DNA from: Octopus vulgaris
Taxonomy: Eukaryota
DNA length: 64,000 bases
Assembly: GCA_951406725.2 (NCBI GenBank)
Contig: OX597815.1
Location: forward strand, 202,182,001-202,246,000
Reading direction: 5' to 3'
Shown: in pieces, positions 14,058-27,225 of the stretch
Layout of the letters: every line of letters begins with the position of its first letter
How positions within the stretch are numbered: the stretch's first letter is position 1
Program-made: the position numbers and the translations under genes
The notes under the pieces: model-generated
The model's database searches: none
Told to the model about the DNA's origin: nothing
Seen by the model: the letters and a program-made list of their open reading frames with translations, nothing else

Positions 14058-15055
14058 TTGCCTCTGCACAGTTTCTAATGCTTGAGATGTACTATGGTGT
14101 CAGCCGTTCACTACCAGTGAACTAAGGTAACACCTCTTATTTTTCGAGCACCTTCTGGAGTATTCGAGCGGTTCCTAGCAGTGATGGTGTCTACAAGTGC
14201 TCCGCCCTTATTGCAGCCCCTATTTGTCTCACGTACTACTCGGGATTTTTATTCAATGTTCCCAGGGCTCCGACCATTATTGGTACTACTGCTAACTTTT
14301 TCATCGATCACAAAAATCTAAATTTCCACGCTAGCCTGTCATATCTCTCGAATTTTCTTTCTTCCTTGTGGCATACCTTGTTGTCAGCTGGGCATGTTAT
14401 ATCTATGATCCAGCTTAGTTTGTTTTCTTTCTCAATTAATACTATGGCTAGCTTCCCATTTTCTATCTCATGGTCATACTGAATCATAAAATTCCATACG
14501 ATCTATGCATTTCTATTTTCGACGATGCCTTCAGGTTTGTGGTCGTACCAATATTTTACGCTGTCAAGTCCATACTTGGTGCAAAGTGTATATTCCTTCT
14601 GGGCTAATGGCGTTCATTGGCTAGTAATTTGCCATAGGATTTCGCCGTTTTGTCCACAGATTCTGCACTTATCACTTTCTGCTGTGTTGTCTATTCTGTA
14701 TTCTATGTAGTTTGCTCTTAGTGCTTGCTCTTGGGCAGCACAGATTGGAGCCTCCGTTTCCGGTTTTAAATCACTTTTAGTCATCCACAGCCATCTTTTT
14801 TTCTCTGTCTATCTTTTCTTCAACATCACTATAAAATTGTCCATGCATTCTTTTCTTTAGCCACCTATTTTCAGTTTCATTCGTTTTCAGTTTCTTGCAT
14901 CTTTGAAATCTTTCATCCTACAGAAGCCTGACCTTCTTACGTCTAATAATAGCGTTTCTGTGGCATTTTTTATATACCATACTATATTGCTTTCTTTTGC
15001 TCTAATGCTGTGTTCGCATCCAATAAGTCCTGTTCTCCCTCTTTTTCTTGGTAGT
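14058..15055 (-). mobile_element. Decayed Dong/R4-type LINE (different subfamily)
   Basis: The minus strand reads WLWMTKSDLKPETEAPICAAQEQALRANYIEYRIDNTAESDKCRICGQNGE and later IDITCPADNKV..PIMVGALG, with frameshifts. The 3' UTR abuts (ATT)n. Confidence 0.9.
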
Positions 15056-16371
15056 AGCTATTCGCATGCTCAGCAAATTATTATGATTTTAGGCTCCAGT
15101 CTCAGGAGTATATACACAGTGTAATTCTTTTTTCAATATTGTATTAAAGCAATTTAAGTGTTCTTTGGGATTAAAAAAATATTTTTAATCAGGAACATGT
15201 ATGTTAACCTTAAAAACGATTAATTTTCTAATTCTTATTCCAAGCAAAGTTACCCTTTATGGTTTATTTAAATAATGTAAAATAAAGAAATTATTATTGT
15301 TTTTACTACCTTTCATATTACACCATGTAAATGATTTGTTCCAAGAATACTGTATTGTAAAAATGTGTTCTTTTACTCAACAGAATGTTTCGTAATATTT
15401 AATCATTGTCCAATTACGTACTGTAAAAAAAAAGGACATGTCTTAGTCATTTTTATTGTGTGCATATAATTTTACAAAACATCTAGTTTATTTTGCTTAT
15501 TGGACGTTTTGACATCGTTGACAGTATAACTGATTTAGGTGTTCGCAACAGTCAATGTGGCTCCTCTTTCAAGCTTTTGTAATCACAGTATTTTTTCAAG
15601 GAAAAGAAAAAAGAAAATTGAAAAATTAAGCAAACACAAATCCAAAAACGCAATCTGATAAGTACATACAAAACAAAAGTGAAAATACACATTACAAAGA
15701 CGGCAAAAACAATATCAATTGTAGCATAAGAAAAAATAAGGCTGATCCCTTGCGAACGATTGGAACTGAAAAATATCTATAAACATTAGTGAAATCCAAA
15801 TAAATTGGGGAGGAAAGAGTTGAAAATATATACACGAGGGTGTCTCTCTTTTGGAAAGAATGTTTCCAAAGGAAGGATTGAAACAAAATCTTCAAGAATT
15901 ACCCGGAAAAATAGCTGGGGGATGACTAATATGATATATGGAACAATGTAGGATCCCTCAATAGGAATAGATAATATGAGAAGTGTTTCTAGGTCACTTA
16001 TAAATGGTGACCGGATTTACCCTTGAGTCAATCGGAGAAAAGACATCGATAATTATTTCGCTTAGTCGTATTTTATTCTCTTTAAAAGATTTATACATTT
16101 AGTAGTTAAACAAACACCTTTTGTCTCCAAAACTACAGAATGTTTAATTGGAAGAAATCAGTTAGAGTTTATTATATTTGTTTTAATATAGTGCGTTGGA
16201 ATTAGATTCCTTAATATATTAAGTTTCAAATTATAAACAGAATCACATGCGTTAATGTTGTATTTCTTAAATTGTAACTTATGTATTATCACACTTAACA
16301 TTTCCCCCTGTTGTTCTATTAATTGAGCTAACTTCCTGAATGTAAAACACAAAAGGATTGTCCGCTTAATC

Positions 16372-16612
16372 TAGTAACCAAATTAGCAATGATGTATCTG
16401 CTAGAGTTAACAAGATAAGTTATTCTCTTTTTTCGAGAATTAGGAACCATTTTGGTGCTTCCATTAGCTAGAATTAGAATCTCAATTAGCAATTTTTATC
16501 TGTTGGAATGTGCTGCAAAATTAGTTGCTTACTCTCGTAGAAATTGCAACCAAATTAGTTGCTATCTCTGCTAGAATTAACTATCAAATTATCTGTTCCA
16601 TCTGCTAGAATA
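16372..16612. repeat. Degenerate minisatellite, about 34-35 bp period, about 7 copies
   Basis: Recurring AACCAAATTAGTTGCTATCTCTGCTAGAATT-like units. Confidence 0.65.
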
Positions 16613-17624
16613 ATCAAAGATATTCCATTCATATAAAACACGAGAAATAAGATTTTGTTATTCTATGTCTAGATGTGTTACAGGAAAAAATAAGATTGGG
16701 ATTGTTGCGATGGAACAACAATAACAAGAAATTTCTAACTGCTTATTCCTATTACTCCATGATTACATCAGCTATTATTCCTAACTGCTGTTTCTATCCC
16801 ATTATTATCGTCAGATCTTATCATTTTCATTTTTATCGTAGCTCATTTTGAAATGCTATATTTTCTTCTAATGTCTTCAGCACTGACATTGATAGACTGA
16901 AAGTGAGAGATAATTTGCTTTTCATCCTTAGAAAAGTGAGGAACAGCAGATGCTTAAGATCATTATTCTGTTTTGAAAGTTAATATACACTTTCAATCTT
17001 CTCTATTCTTCTGTATAATGCAATTACTATAAGAAGGCAAAGCAGTTGGATAACGTCTTATACATCACTTAATTGATGTATATCAATGATATTTCCCACT
17101 TGCGTATAAATTGGTTCTCAAATATGACATTTGTTATTGTATTAGTTGAATCAAATTGTTGGCAATACCAAATATTTATGAGTTTCACTGAACATTGAAG
17201 TCATGTTCCACATCGTAATCTTTCTTGAAATTAATCCAACTAGTCACATATTCATCAATTAAATAATTATAAGACGCTATGCGCATGATGACTACTACTT
17301 TGATGAGAGAGAGCATGTTCAATGCGCAGAACATTAAAACCGTAACATAGGATATATATATACATTGAGGGAAACATAATACTAGACGACGCTTAATATT
17401 ATATTTTTCAAGTGCCCGTCAAGTATGGGAGACCAGTTCAGACATAGTTCTACTTGCTTAAGTTTCGTCAGTAGACAAAGTGTCTCGACTCTGTATCATA
17501 CAAAAGGCGTAACGAACAATGAATCATTTAAGACATATATAGCGAAATATATGTCGGATAAAATATGTTTAATAGGTGAACGATTAAATGGAATGTTGCG
17601 TTAAAAAGAATAGACACCGTCCAC

Positions 17625-17970
<346 letters not shown>

Positions 17971-18839
17971 TTATATACCGTGAGAGCGATAAAACACTGC
18001 TCTGAAATCTATCCAAAAACATCGGGAATAAAGACATCCCATGGAGCCAAAAATAACTGACAAAGTGTTGGACTATATCCGAGTAAGTAACACTCATTGA
18101 AATATATCTCTAGTTCCTAAAGGAAATGATGTATATTAACCGTATATCATCTCCATTGCTCGCATAGCTCATGTAAACATGCTCTCCACATTACAATCCA
18201 ATTCACGCCAGAACATCTCTGTCCCTAAATACCATGCACAAAAAAATTCTACATGAATTAAATAATACCGTTATTATTCAACCCAAGAAAAACAATCGTA
18301 CTTTAAATTTGTTACACAAAAAGTACGAAAAACTACACGGAACGGTGCCCTACGAAGATGATGACCATCAAAGTAAAGGGCCGGGCGTTATTCTTCATGT
18401 CCCGCAAATAAAATTTAAAAAAGCATAAATGGACACATGAAGAATATATTTCAATCCTACACCCTTATTTTACAGCAGCGCTCTACCCAAAGAACGAAAA
18501 CACAACAACATATACATATAAAATCTGAAAGAAAAATATCGTAGATAAAGACTTGGATACAGCAATGAATCATCATAAACTAGCTAACATACGAAGATAT
18601 ATTCTCAAAACAAAACAAATATTAGAAATAGAAACACAACACTTAAAAGGAAAGATACATCAGAAAAATCTAGATAGTAAGCACACAGCAATGCCAAATA
18701 ATAAGCACTGGAACTGTAAAATACAGTGACAGGTAAATTTAAATTTACCAAAAAAAACGAAGTAAACAAAGAGACAACGAACCCAGACCGTAGGACTGTA
18801 TGATGATGAGCAAAAGGCACCAAACCAGAACACCACAGA

Positions 18840-18841
<2 letters not shown>

Positions 18842-18884
<43 letters not shown>

Positions 18885-18903
18885 AAGGCGCGTGGCTCAG
18901 TGG

Positions 18904-18952
<49 letters not shown>

Positions 18953-18969
18953 AAGGCGCGTGGCTCAGT

Positions 18970-19023
<54 letters not shown>

Positions 19024-19043
19024 AAGGCGCGTGGCTCAGTGGT

Positions 19044-19070
<27 letters not shown>
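18842..19070 (+). repeat. Three tandem units of (TA)n + TGTGAAGGCGCGTGGCTCAGTGGT (tRNA-SINE head with A box)
   Basis: The same 24-mer occurs at about 18881, 18949 and 19020, separated by (TA)n. TGGCTCAGTGG matches the Pol III A box TRGCNNARYGG. Confidence 0.85.
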
Positions 19071-19074
<4 letters not shown>

Positions 19075-19089
19075 TGCATTCAAAATATG

Positions 19090-19281
19090 ACCGCGTGTAT
19101 ACCGTTGGCGATTTTTTTCCTCTGTCTTCTCTTCTCTGGATCTTTCCTTCTCCTATGTTTCCGAAAAAGAGCTCCGCTCGAAACTTTAAACCCTCCTTCT
19201 TTCCTTCTTTCCTGAGCGTCCAATAATACTATATTAGTTCCACGTCCACGCGTTGTGTTTTTTGTGCTTTCATGTTTGGAT

Positions 19282-19285
<4 letters not shown>
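19090..19285 (+). mobile_element. Short Penelope-pLTR-like element with a mutated minimal hammerhead motif (family H1)
   Basis: Near-identical to 48556-48749. Motif 19157-19191 is GTTT-CCGAAAA-A-GAGC-TCC-GCTC-GAAACTTT-AAAC. Ends in (TA)n. Confidence 0.72.
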
Positions 19286-19336
<51 letters not shown>

Positions 19337-19981
19337 AAGTTCCTTTCTGCTAGTCCATGTCTAACGCTTCTGAAATGGTGATTTCTTTACGACCCTGTAA
19401 TTTTTCGGATGACGAAAAAGACCGATGAATATTCACCAACTATATTATATTATATATGTAAGCAAAATTGAGGTAAGTGAAATAACTCGAAGTTGCTTAG
19501 AGATATGTATTAGAGCAAAAATCATATCAGAGGTTACTCCCACTTATTTCTCTTAGTTTATAAATGTTTCTAATCATTATGTAAATTGCATGAGCAATAA
19601 CTGGTTTTTACTCCGTTTTGTATAAGGCTTTGTCCCTTGGCTGCTGGATGTATAGCCTTTTCGTTCGGAATATGGCTATTAAGCAGCAAACGCTTATTAA
19701 TGATTGTCTTCGTATATTTAGACGTTAACCTTCTCCTTTTACTTAGTAGCATGCCCGGTGGGGAGAGCCACGTGTTTATACCTCTTCTCTAATGTACCTA
19801 CTTATAAGTGCCATTTCCTAATGATGAAATTTTGATATTTCCTGTAGATTCACTAATAATTTGAATAAATCAAGAATTTTCGTGGTAGAGCTTTTGTCAT
19901 AACGGTATATATACATATCTAGAGATAGATATATAGACAGATAAACACACACGCACACACACATCCATATATATATACATG

Positions 19982-20017
<36 letters not shown>

Positions 20018-21545
20018 AGAGAGTGATATATATACAGAGCGGCAATGAGAGAAATGTATATTTGGCGTGTCAGAGATATTTAATGTTTAAGCAATTCTCT
20101 TCTTCATGCCAGCTGTTAAACTTTCAAGTGTAATAAATTCTCGATTTATTCGACAATTTACGTCAGAGTTACACTTCCATTGATGCTCAGATAATGATAC
20201 AAGGTCGTACGCACACAGTTATATGTAGTTGTCTTTTATACTGTTAGAAAAACATATTAGTCATTAGCCATCGCATAAAAGTATTTTACTCTCACCGCAT
20301 GTTTACGTTCATTATTCTAATACACGACTTATTCAATATACTTTCTAACATTTATCAGTGAAAGTGTACAATGCTTCATATTTATCACTAATAAATATTC
20401 AACTGTGTATAGTTTTTTTTCTTTCTAGTACTTTTATTACACTATTTTTATGAGGAGACCATAATACATATTTTATTTTGCATCATAGTAAACGACTGCT
20501 TTTAATAGGTAATAGATATATAGCAATAATTTCATGCCTATATACTGATTGTCGTTCCTTAAAATATATGTTGTTTTGTATGTAACGCACAAGTTTAATA
20601 TAGAATAAATAAATTCAACTTTTTATTTCTGTATGACATAAAAACACTTATTTTCTTCTTGGTTGGTCAATGAGGTAATAGTGTTTGTATATATGAACAA
20701 ATATATTTGTTATTCGTTTGTGTACTCATGCATTACTGTACTTTTGTAACCTGCTTGTCCCCGTATGTTAATAAAGAGCTGTGTGATTTTACTAATTTGC
20801 AGATAATTTTTCGAAGTCAATTAGAAACTCCTAATAGGATTTTCATTCAGTTTATATTTCATCTTTCCTCTTCACATAGGTATCTTTGTGTCTTTCTTAA
20901 AATGTTATACCCTGTATTGTATTTTATTCAGTTTCTCTTGTAAACAGATACCAGTTAATCAACATACCAGTGACTGTGATGCCAGATGTATTGATTTATA
21001 TAATTTTTTTAAAGCCATAATTTTACGAAAAATCAAAACCAAGAATAACGGATCGGAAAAGTATTTCATCGAATACAGAATGCTGGACAGTAGAAATGGG
21101 ATTCAGAAAATATAATTTGCAACAACATCTCGCATGGTAAAGACTTGTATTTAATTCAGCCTTATAATTTCAACAGTGCTCACTTGCAACATAAATAAAT
21201 GGAATACATGTATTCCGTTTTCTACGTCCTCAGTCTAAAATTTTACCTCGGCCACATTGTTGCTTCCCAATTTCATTTCAAGAAATTATGACCATTCATT
21301 CGATTATCAACAAATTTCTATCAAGGATTGTTGATAAACTTCTATAACTGATAAAGAAAAGAGAAACGTTCACTTAAATGCTCCGCTTGAGCACACACTC
21401 AAGATATAGGAAAATATATTTTTATCGTCACTAGTCATAATTTTATCTATAATTTTTACTTTCCGAATCGTCCGTCTGAACATTTTCGGTTTTGTATGTG
21501 TATGATTCTGCATATTGTATATGTGCGTGCATATATGTATACATG

Positions 21546-21850
21546 TGGAGGCACAATGGCCCAGTGGTTAGGGAAGCGGACTCGCGGTCGTAGGATCGCG
21601 GTTTCGTTTCGATTCTCAGACCGGGCGATGTGTGTGCTTATTGAGCGAAAACACCTAAAAGTTCCACGAGGCTCCGGCACGGGGTGGTGATCCCTGCTGT
21701 ACTCTTTCACCACTCTTTCTCTCTTTCTTCTGTTGGCCTGCTCGCTTAGCCAGCGGGGTGGCGTCGTTCGAAGGCTAAAACAATGCGAACGCATTGTGAC
21801 CAGCGATGTGTAGCAACAACTGATGGTCTGGTCTGTCACGTGATCACGTG
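21546..21850 (+). mobile_element. tRNA-derived SINE family C (tail type 2), full length
   Basis: A box TGGCCCAGTGG and B-box-like GTTTCGATTC. 13-bp TSD ATATGTATACATG at 21533-21545 and 21851-21863. Confidence 0.92.
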
Positions 21851-22757
21851 ATATGTATACATGCGCACACACGCACACATAAACACTCACACACACATAT
21901 ATATAAGGGTAAAAGTTTGATAATGAACGACCATTTGATATTGTATACACGCATTCACAGATATCACTACGCAACTCAGTAGTGTACTCAGTAGTGTATT
22001 TCATCTCCAATCTATTTTATAGATACTTTCATAGACATCTGATATCACAATTTTCGTAACATCAAGTTTTTATCGTTATCCAGAAAGAAGGTTCTTTTTC
22101 AATTACTAAATACACACGCATTAGCTGCAAGGATTTGTGGATTTATACTCGTGTGCTTTGTGATCCACTGACCCCAACGCTACCTCCTCCCAATTATTAT
22201 TTCAGATTCTCTCCAAAGTTTATAAAATTTTATGATATCAAGAATATACAATTCTCACAGATAAGATTATGGTTAGACAGAATTTCAAGGACTCTTAGTC
22301 CAATGGTAGGACGCCACTCATTTCTACAAGAGATGAATGTTCGACTCCTACAGGAAGCCTTCGATTTCTTCTATCCGAAAGAATTTTTCAATCTAATATG
22401 CATGATATATGGCATTATTTAGAGCTTTATGTATGGTTCTGGTTTCAATGTTCCCAAAAAGAATATACGTATATATGCCTGTGTATGGATCTGTTAGTAA
22501 GAGTGTGAAAGAGAACGAGACAGACATACCAATAAACGGATACCATATTCCTATGATTTTTTAACAAAAATATCAGTATTAAATAAGATAATGATTGTAA
22601 ATAATAATATATAGCAGAAACAAATGGAAGAAACACCTGATGCTAGGAATATCACAAAATATATGCGAATGTATGTGAGCGCGTGTATAATTTTACTAAT
22701 TACATAGATTTAAGTATATTTTATAACGTACAATTCCATAGTTATATTGTATTTTAG

Positions 22758-22801
<44 letters not shown>

Positions 22802-22921
22802 CTATCATGTGCTTTTAACATTAGTATATGGCGTAACTACAATAAAAAGGATATTTATGTTCTAGATATATTTTCAACTCTATTTGCGCTATCATATAAT
22901 TTTCCCGTCATGTATATGAGT

Positions 22922-22924
<3 letters not shown>

Positions 22925-22953
<29 letters not shown>

Positions 22954-23035
22954 TGTATGTATGTACGTACGTACCTATGTATGTATGTATGTATGTATGT
23001 ATGTATGTATGTATGAATGTATGTATGTATGTATA
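22925..23035. repeat. (TATG)n microsatellite
   Basis: Directly visible. Confidence 0.95.
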
Positions 23036-24900
23036 CGTTGTCTCTAGAAACAATAAATCATACTCTTAAATTGCTGGTGAAATACAGGATAGAAATAATA
23101 TCAAGAGGAAATATTATTTACGATATCCTAAAAGTCAATTTCCCACGTATATTCTTTTTAATGTTTTATCTTGAGGTTTCATAAAATTTTCAAATCTTAA
23201 AATCTGGAAATCAATAACTTAGTTTAATAATCTTGTCTAGGATGTTTGAGTGTTGTATACGATCATTTATTATTGTTATATTCTCTGCAAATTGCTTATA
23301 TTGCTTATAGCAAAAATGATGCCCGTTACTTATACCAAGCGGAAATTAACATCGAAGTACTTGGATTCTGTACTTATATTTTATACGTACAATTCAAATT
23401 ACAGATGAGACAAATATATTTATCATCAAACTAATAATGCAGTAGTAGATTTATTTTGTATTTATATAACAAATTAAATCATATTAATTAGATTATTTCC
23501 TCCTTCAAATTTGTTATCCACAAATTTAAGAGTGTCAAAGTAAAAGGATTTAGTAGATTCGGTTATTTATATTTACTGTATCACGGCTCTGAAACAATTC
23601 ACACAATCCCACACACACGAAACACGCACGCGAAACACGCACGCAGACACAGACACAAACTTCCAAAGAAGGTACACTGATATATAGTTTCTGAGCATGC
23701 TGTACATCTTTGTAGAAATTAAAATCTACTTCGACTTATGCAACTGTGTCTATTTACGGATTATAAATTGCTCAAAGTTAAAAATGCATACAATTCTCTA
23801 TTCGTTTATAGATATTCCACTTGCTTTTTTTTATTCTCAGTCCTTCTTTCATGTAGATAATTGTTAAGACACTTTTGCATACAGCATTATTTGAATATTT
23901 TACTTAAGTTTCTTTTTCATGGCTTCACGTATAGAGTGCAATATATTTAGACACGTAATGGCATTTCTAAAAATGAATTTAGTTTGTTTCTTTTTAACCT
24001 TCCAAAGATGTCTTCTTTATCACGAATAATGATGAAAAAAAATGGATAATCAACATTTCATTAAACAATTTATATGCAATTTCCCAAGAAATGTAGAACA
24101 ATGCTTAGCAGCCAGAAAACAAATGCATTCTCCAGAAAAAATTATTGGTTTACTTTCAAGCAACCATTTAAAGAATTTCTACAAATTGACAATTCATTGA
24201 ACATATTTTGACTGAAGGCGATACCTCTTGAATATATAACCTGTCATATGTACCTGTTTCTTTTCCTTTATTTATTTAATTATTACTTTTTTAGTGTCAA
24301 AGACAGAACAGCAGTTTCTTAAAAGGCCGCGCGTATATATAGAATGTTAAACAATGAATTTAAAGAAAAAGTCTCTACGGTTGTTATGTTTAATCGGAAG
24401 GTTCTTAATGTTGAAGGAGATTGTCTGCTAGTATTGTAAGTATGCGTGCATTTAAAAAAAAATAAAATTATGGGTGCGGGGATAATATGCATGTACGTAC
24501 ATTGGTTACTTTCGTTGTGCGTTTATTGCATCACGTGATGCTGAAGTTTATCGGTTACTTTAACGTGCATAGTGATTCTGTGCTAAATATATACTAGGCT
24601 TTTGTTATGAGCGTTCCCTTGCCTTGCTTTATCATATACTCTTTTCTCACCGAACCGAAATAAAGCCCCTTAACACACAAAAAACCAACTATGACATTGT
24701 CACTTTATCAGGTGATTATCGTCACTATGAAAGAATGCTTCAACTGCAGTAAAGGATTATGGTTCATAACCTTCAGACCGTCTAGTCACTTCTTAATAAT
24801 AAATTTGATATCAACAGACATCTGCCTGATATCTTTCTTGATAATCTGTGACAAAAAAGACATAATTACTTTTCAAAACAGTCCGTCGATCACACAAACA

Positions 24901-24976
<76 letters not shown>

Positions 24977-25196
24977 TATTTATATATACTTATATATTTA
25001 TATGTATCTCTAAATATATAAATATACTTATACTTATATATATATATATATGTATGTATGTATATATGTGTATGTATATACTTATATATATATTTCTATA
25101 CATATGTATGCATGTATATATGTTTGTGTATTTATATATGTGTTTGTGTATATATACGTGTATTATTTATGTATGCATATGTATATATATATATAT
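24901..25196. repeat. (CA)n(TA)n and degenerate TA/TG low-complexity tract
   Basis: Directly visible. Confidence 0.9.
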
Positions 25197-25199
25197 CTC

Positions 25200-26605
25200 T
25201 TCCGATAGTCGCTCCTTGTCGTGGTGGAAGAGCTTGTGTGTTCCAATGATTCTGAGAGCTATACCGTCTGGTGTCTTAGACTCCTGATAGAGCCACCCAT
25301 CACAGCAAGTTCGAGGATGCGATCCCAGACTAAACACCAACATCAAGACCCAAACGGTGGTGCAAGCGGAGGAGGGCTGTCTCAATCCCCCAAGGATCGA
25401 CTCCTCCGGCGGAAGATGGCAACGCGTGGCGGGCAGGCGTGACAAAGGCGGATAGACCCCGACAGCTCGCTGCAATCAGCCTCATCGAGACTGCACATTT
25501 CAATTCCTGACCTGCAGTGCAGAAGTTCCTGGCGAAGTACGTGCTCGTGGCCGTCGCGCACCTACGATCACCTCAAGAAATTTACTCATGGAATGGCTTC
25601 GTGTTTCTAATCTGTCTCAAAACGTCCAATGTCGATGGCATCGTAGGCACCGGAGGCAGATGTGGAAAGCTGGAATCCTCTAGTCCGTGACCACACATTG
25701 ATGGCGAATCTCAGATGGTCGCTCTCCAATGAACAGCCGTGACACTGGAGTTCGGCATCTACACCCATGACTGGGTTTGCCTCTTTATGATTACCACAGC
25801 CCACCCCTTAACTAACGCTTCAGGATGCAGATAAACACATTAAAGTCCAAGATGCTGATCCAATCTGCACCAGACCAGAACAGTACCCCCATAAACATTA
25901 GCATTAACGGCCAACCACAGAAGAAGTTAACCACTTCACATACCTTGCAAGTATCTTTTCGACCCCCCTCTCCGGGTATGAAAAGGGCGTGGAGACCCGG
26001 ATTGGGGCGGCCCACTCCGCATTCAACATGCATTTTTCAAACAAGCGCTGACCATCTGGACAAAAATCGAGGTATTCCGTCCTGTCAACTCCACTCCACG
26101 CTTGTAAGACTTGGACGTTGTATCGCCGTGACTTCAAGCGCCATGAATGCTTCTAACAGTCGAAGCTACGACAGATCCTCAACATACAATGGAAAGATCA
26201 CGCTACCAACAACGAGGTTCTTCGCCGCGCCCCACTATCAAGTATCGAGGTCACCATTCTTCACCATCGTCTCGGCTGGGCAGGTCACCTCTAGCGTATG
26301 GAGCCATCTCGTCTCTCAAGTATCATGCTCTACGGAGAACTTGCAATCGGAACAAGACCCAATGGAGGTGGGACATTCCACAAACGGATCTTGGCTCAAG
26401 CTAACATCTAGCCATCCTCATGAGAACAGATTGCCATGGATAGGACTGCTATCCGCAATGGAGCCAGCACCTTCGAGCAGAACAGACCATAGCATAAGGA
26501 AGCAAAACGCATGAGAAAAACAGAGTGTCTTCAACATCCTCGAACTGCACCGGCTATCCCGTGCGAGTTCTGCTCCCGACTCTTTCACCACTGATTTTCC
26601 CCTCT
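25200..26605 (+). mobile_element. RTE/BovB-clade LINE, internally deleted and decayed
   Basis: The 5' end CCTTGTCGTGGTGGAAGAGCTTGTGTGTTCCAATGA..GAGCTAT..GCCACCCA resembles the BovB 5' UTR. From about 25815, broken frames give INTLKSKML..ISINGQ..EEVNHFTYL, TWTLYRRD, LRQILNIQWKDHATNNEVLRRA, RLGWAGHL*RM and LYGEL, the typical RTE ORF C-terminus. Confidence 0.88.
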
Positions 26606-26611
26606 ATAATA

Positions 26612-27075
26612 ATAAGATGAAAAATTGTGACTCTGTAATTGACGCTCGGAGGCCACATATTGTGGTAGATAATGGAGGAAAGGCGACCAATTTGATAGAT
26701 ATTGCAATACATGGAGATGCACGAATAAGTAAGAAAAATCTAGAAAAGATGGAAAAGTACAGACTACTAAACGATGAAATTGCAAGGAAAGTAGACTAGT
26801 TGTACGGGTACTTGGAGCACTAACAACTAAGTTCGAGAAATGTATCAAGGAAATTGGAATTCACATGTGAGGAGAGCAAACCCAAATAACTGCTCTGCTG
26901 GTGACAGCTAGGTTTTTGATGTTGGTACTTGGGTGTTGAATATCTCCTACTATAATTAACAACCATTAAAGCTTATAATATCGGGAAAGTGATCGTCTGA
27001 GAGCTCTGACGACAGGCTGCTATCCACTCTCAGAATCCACCAGAACAAACAAGACCGATCGTTCTGAGAAGTAAA
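26612..27075 (+). mobile_element. Decayed 3' end of a Dong/R4-type LINE
   Basis: ORF 26617..26799: CDSVIDARRPHIVV..LIDIAIHGDARI..EKMEKYRLL.DEIAR; followed by (AAT)n. Confidence 0.85.
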
Positions 27076-27125
27076 ACAACAACAATAACAATAACAATAA
27101 TAATAATAACAATAATAATGAAACC

Positions 27126-27202
<77 letters not shown>

Positions 27203-27225
27203 TAATAATAATAATAATAATAATT
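27075..27225. repeat. (AAC)n(AAT)n microsatellite
   Basis: Directly visible. Confidence 0.97.
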
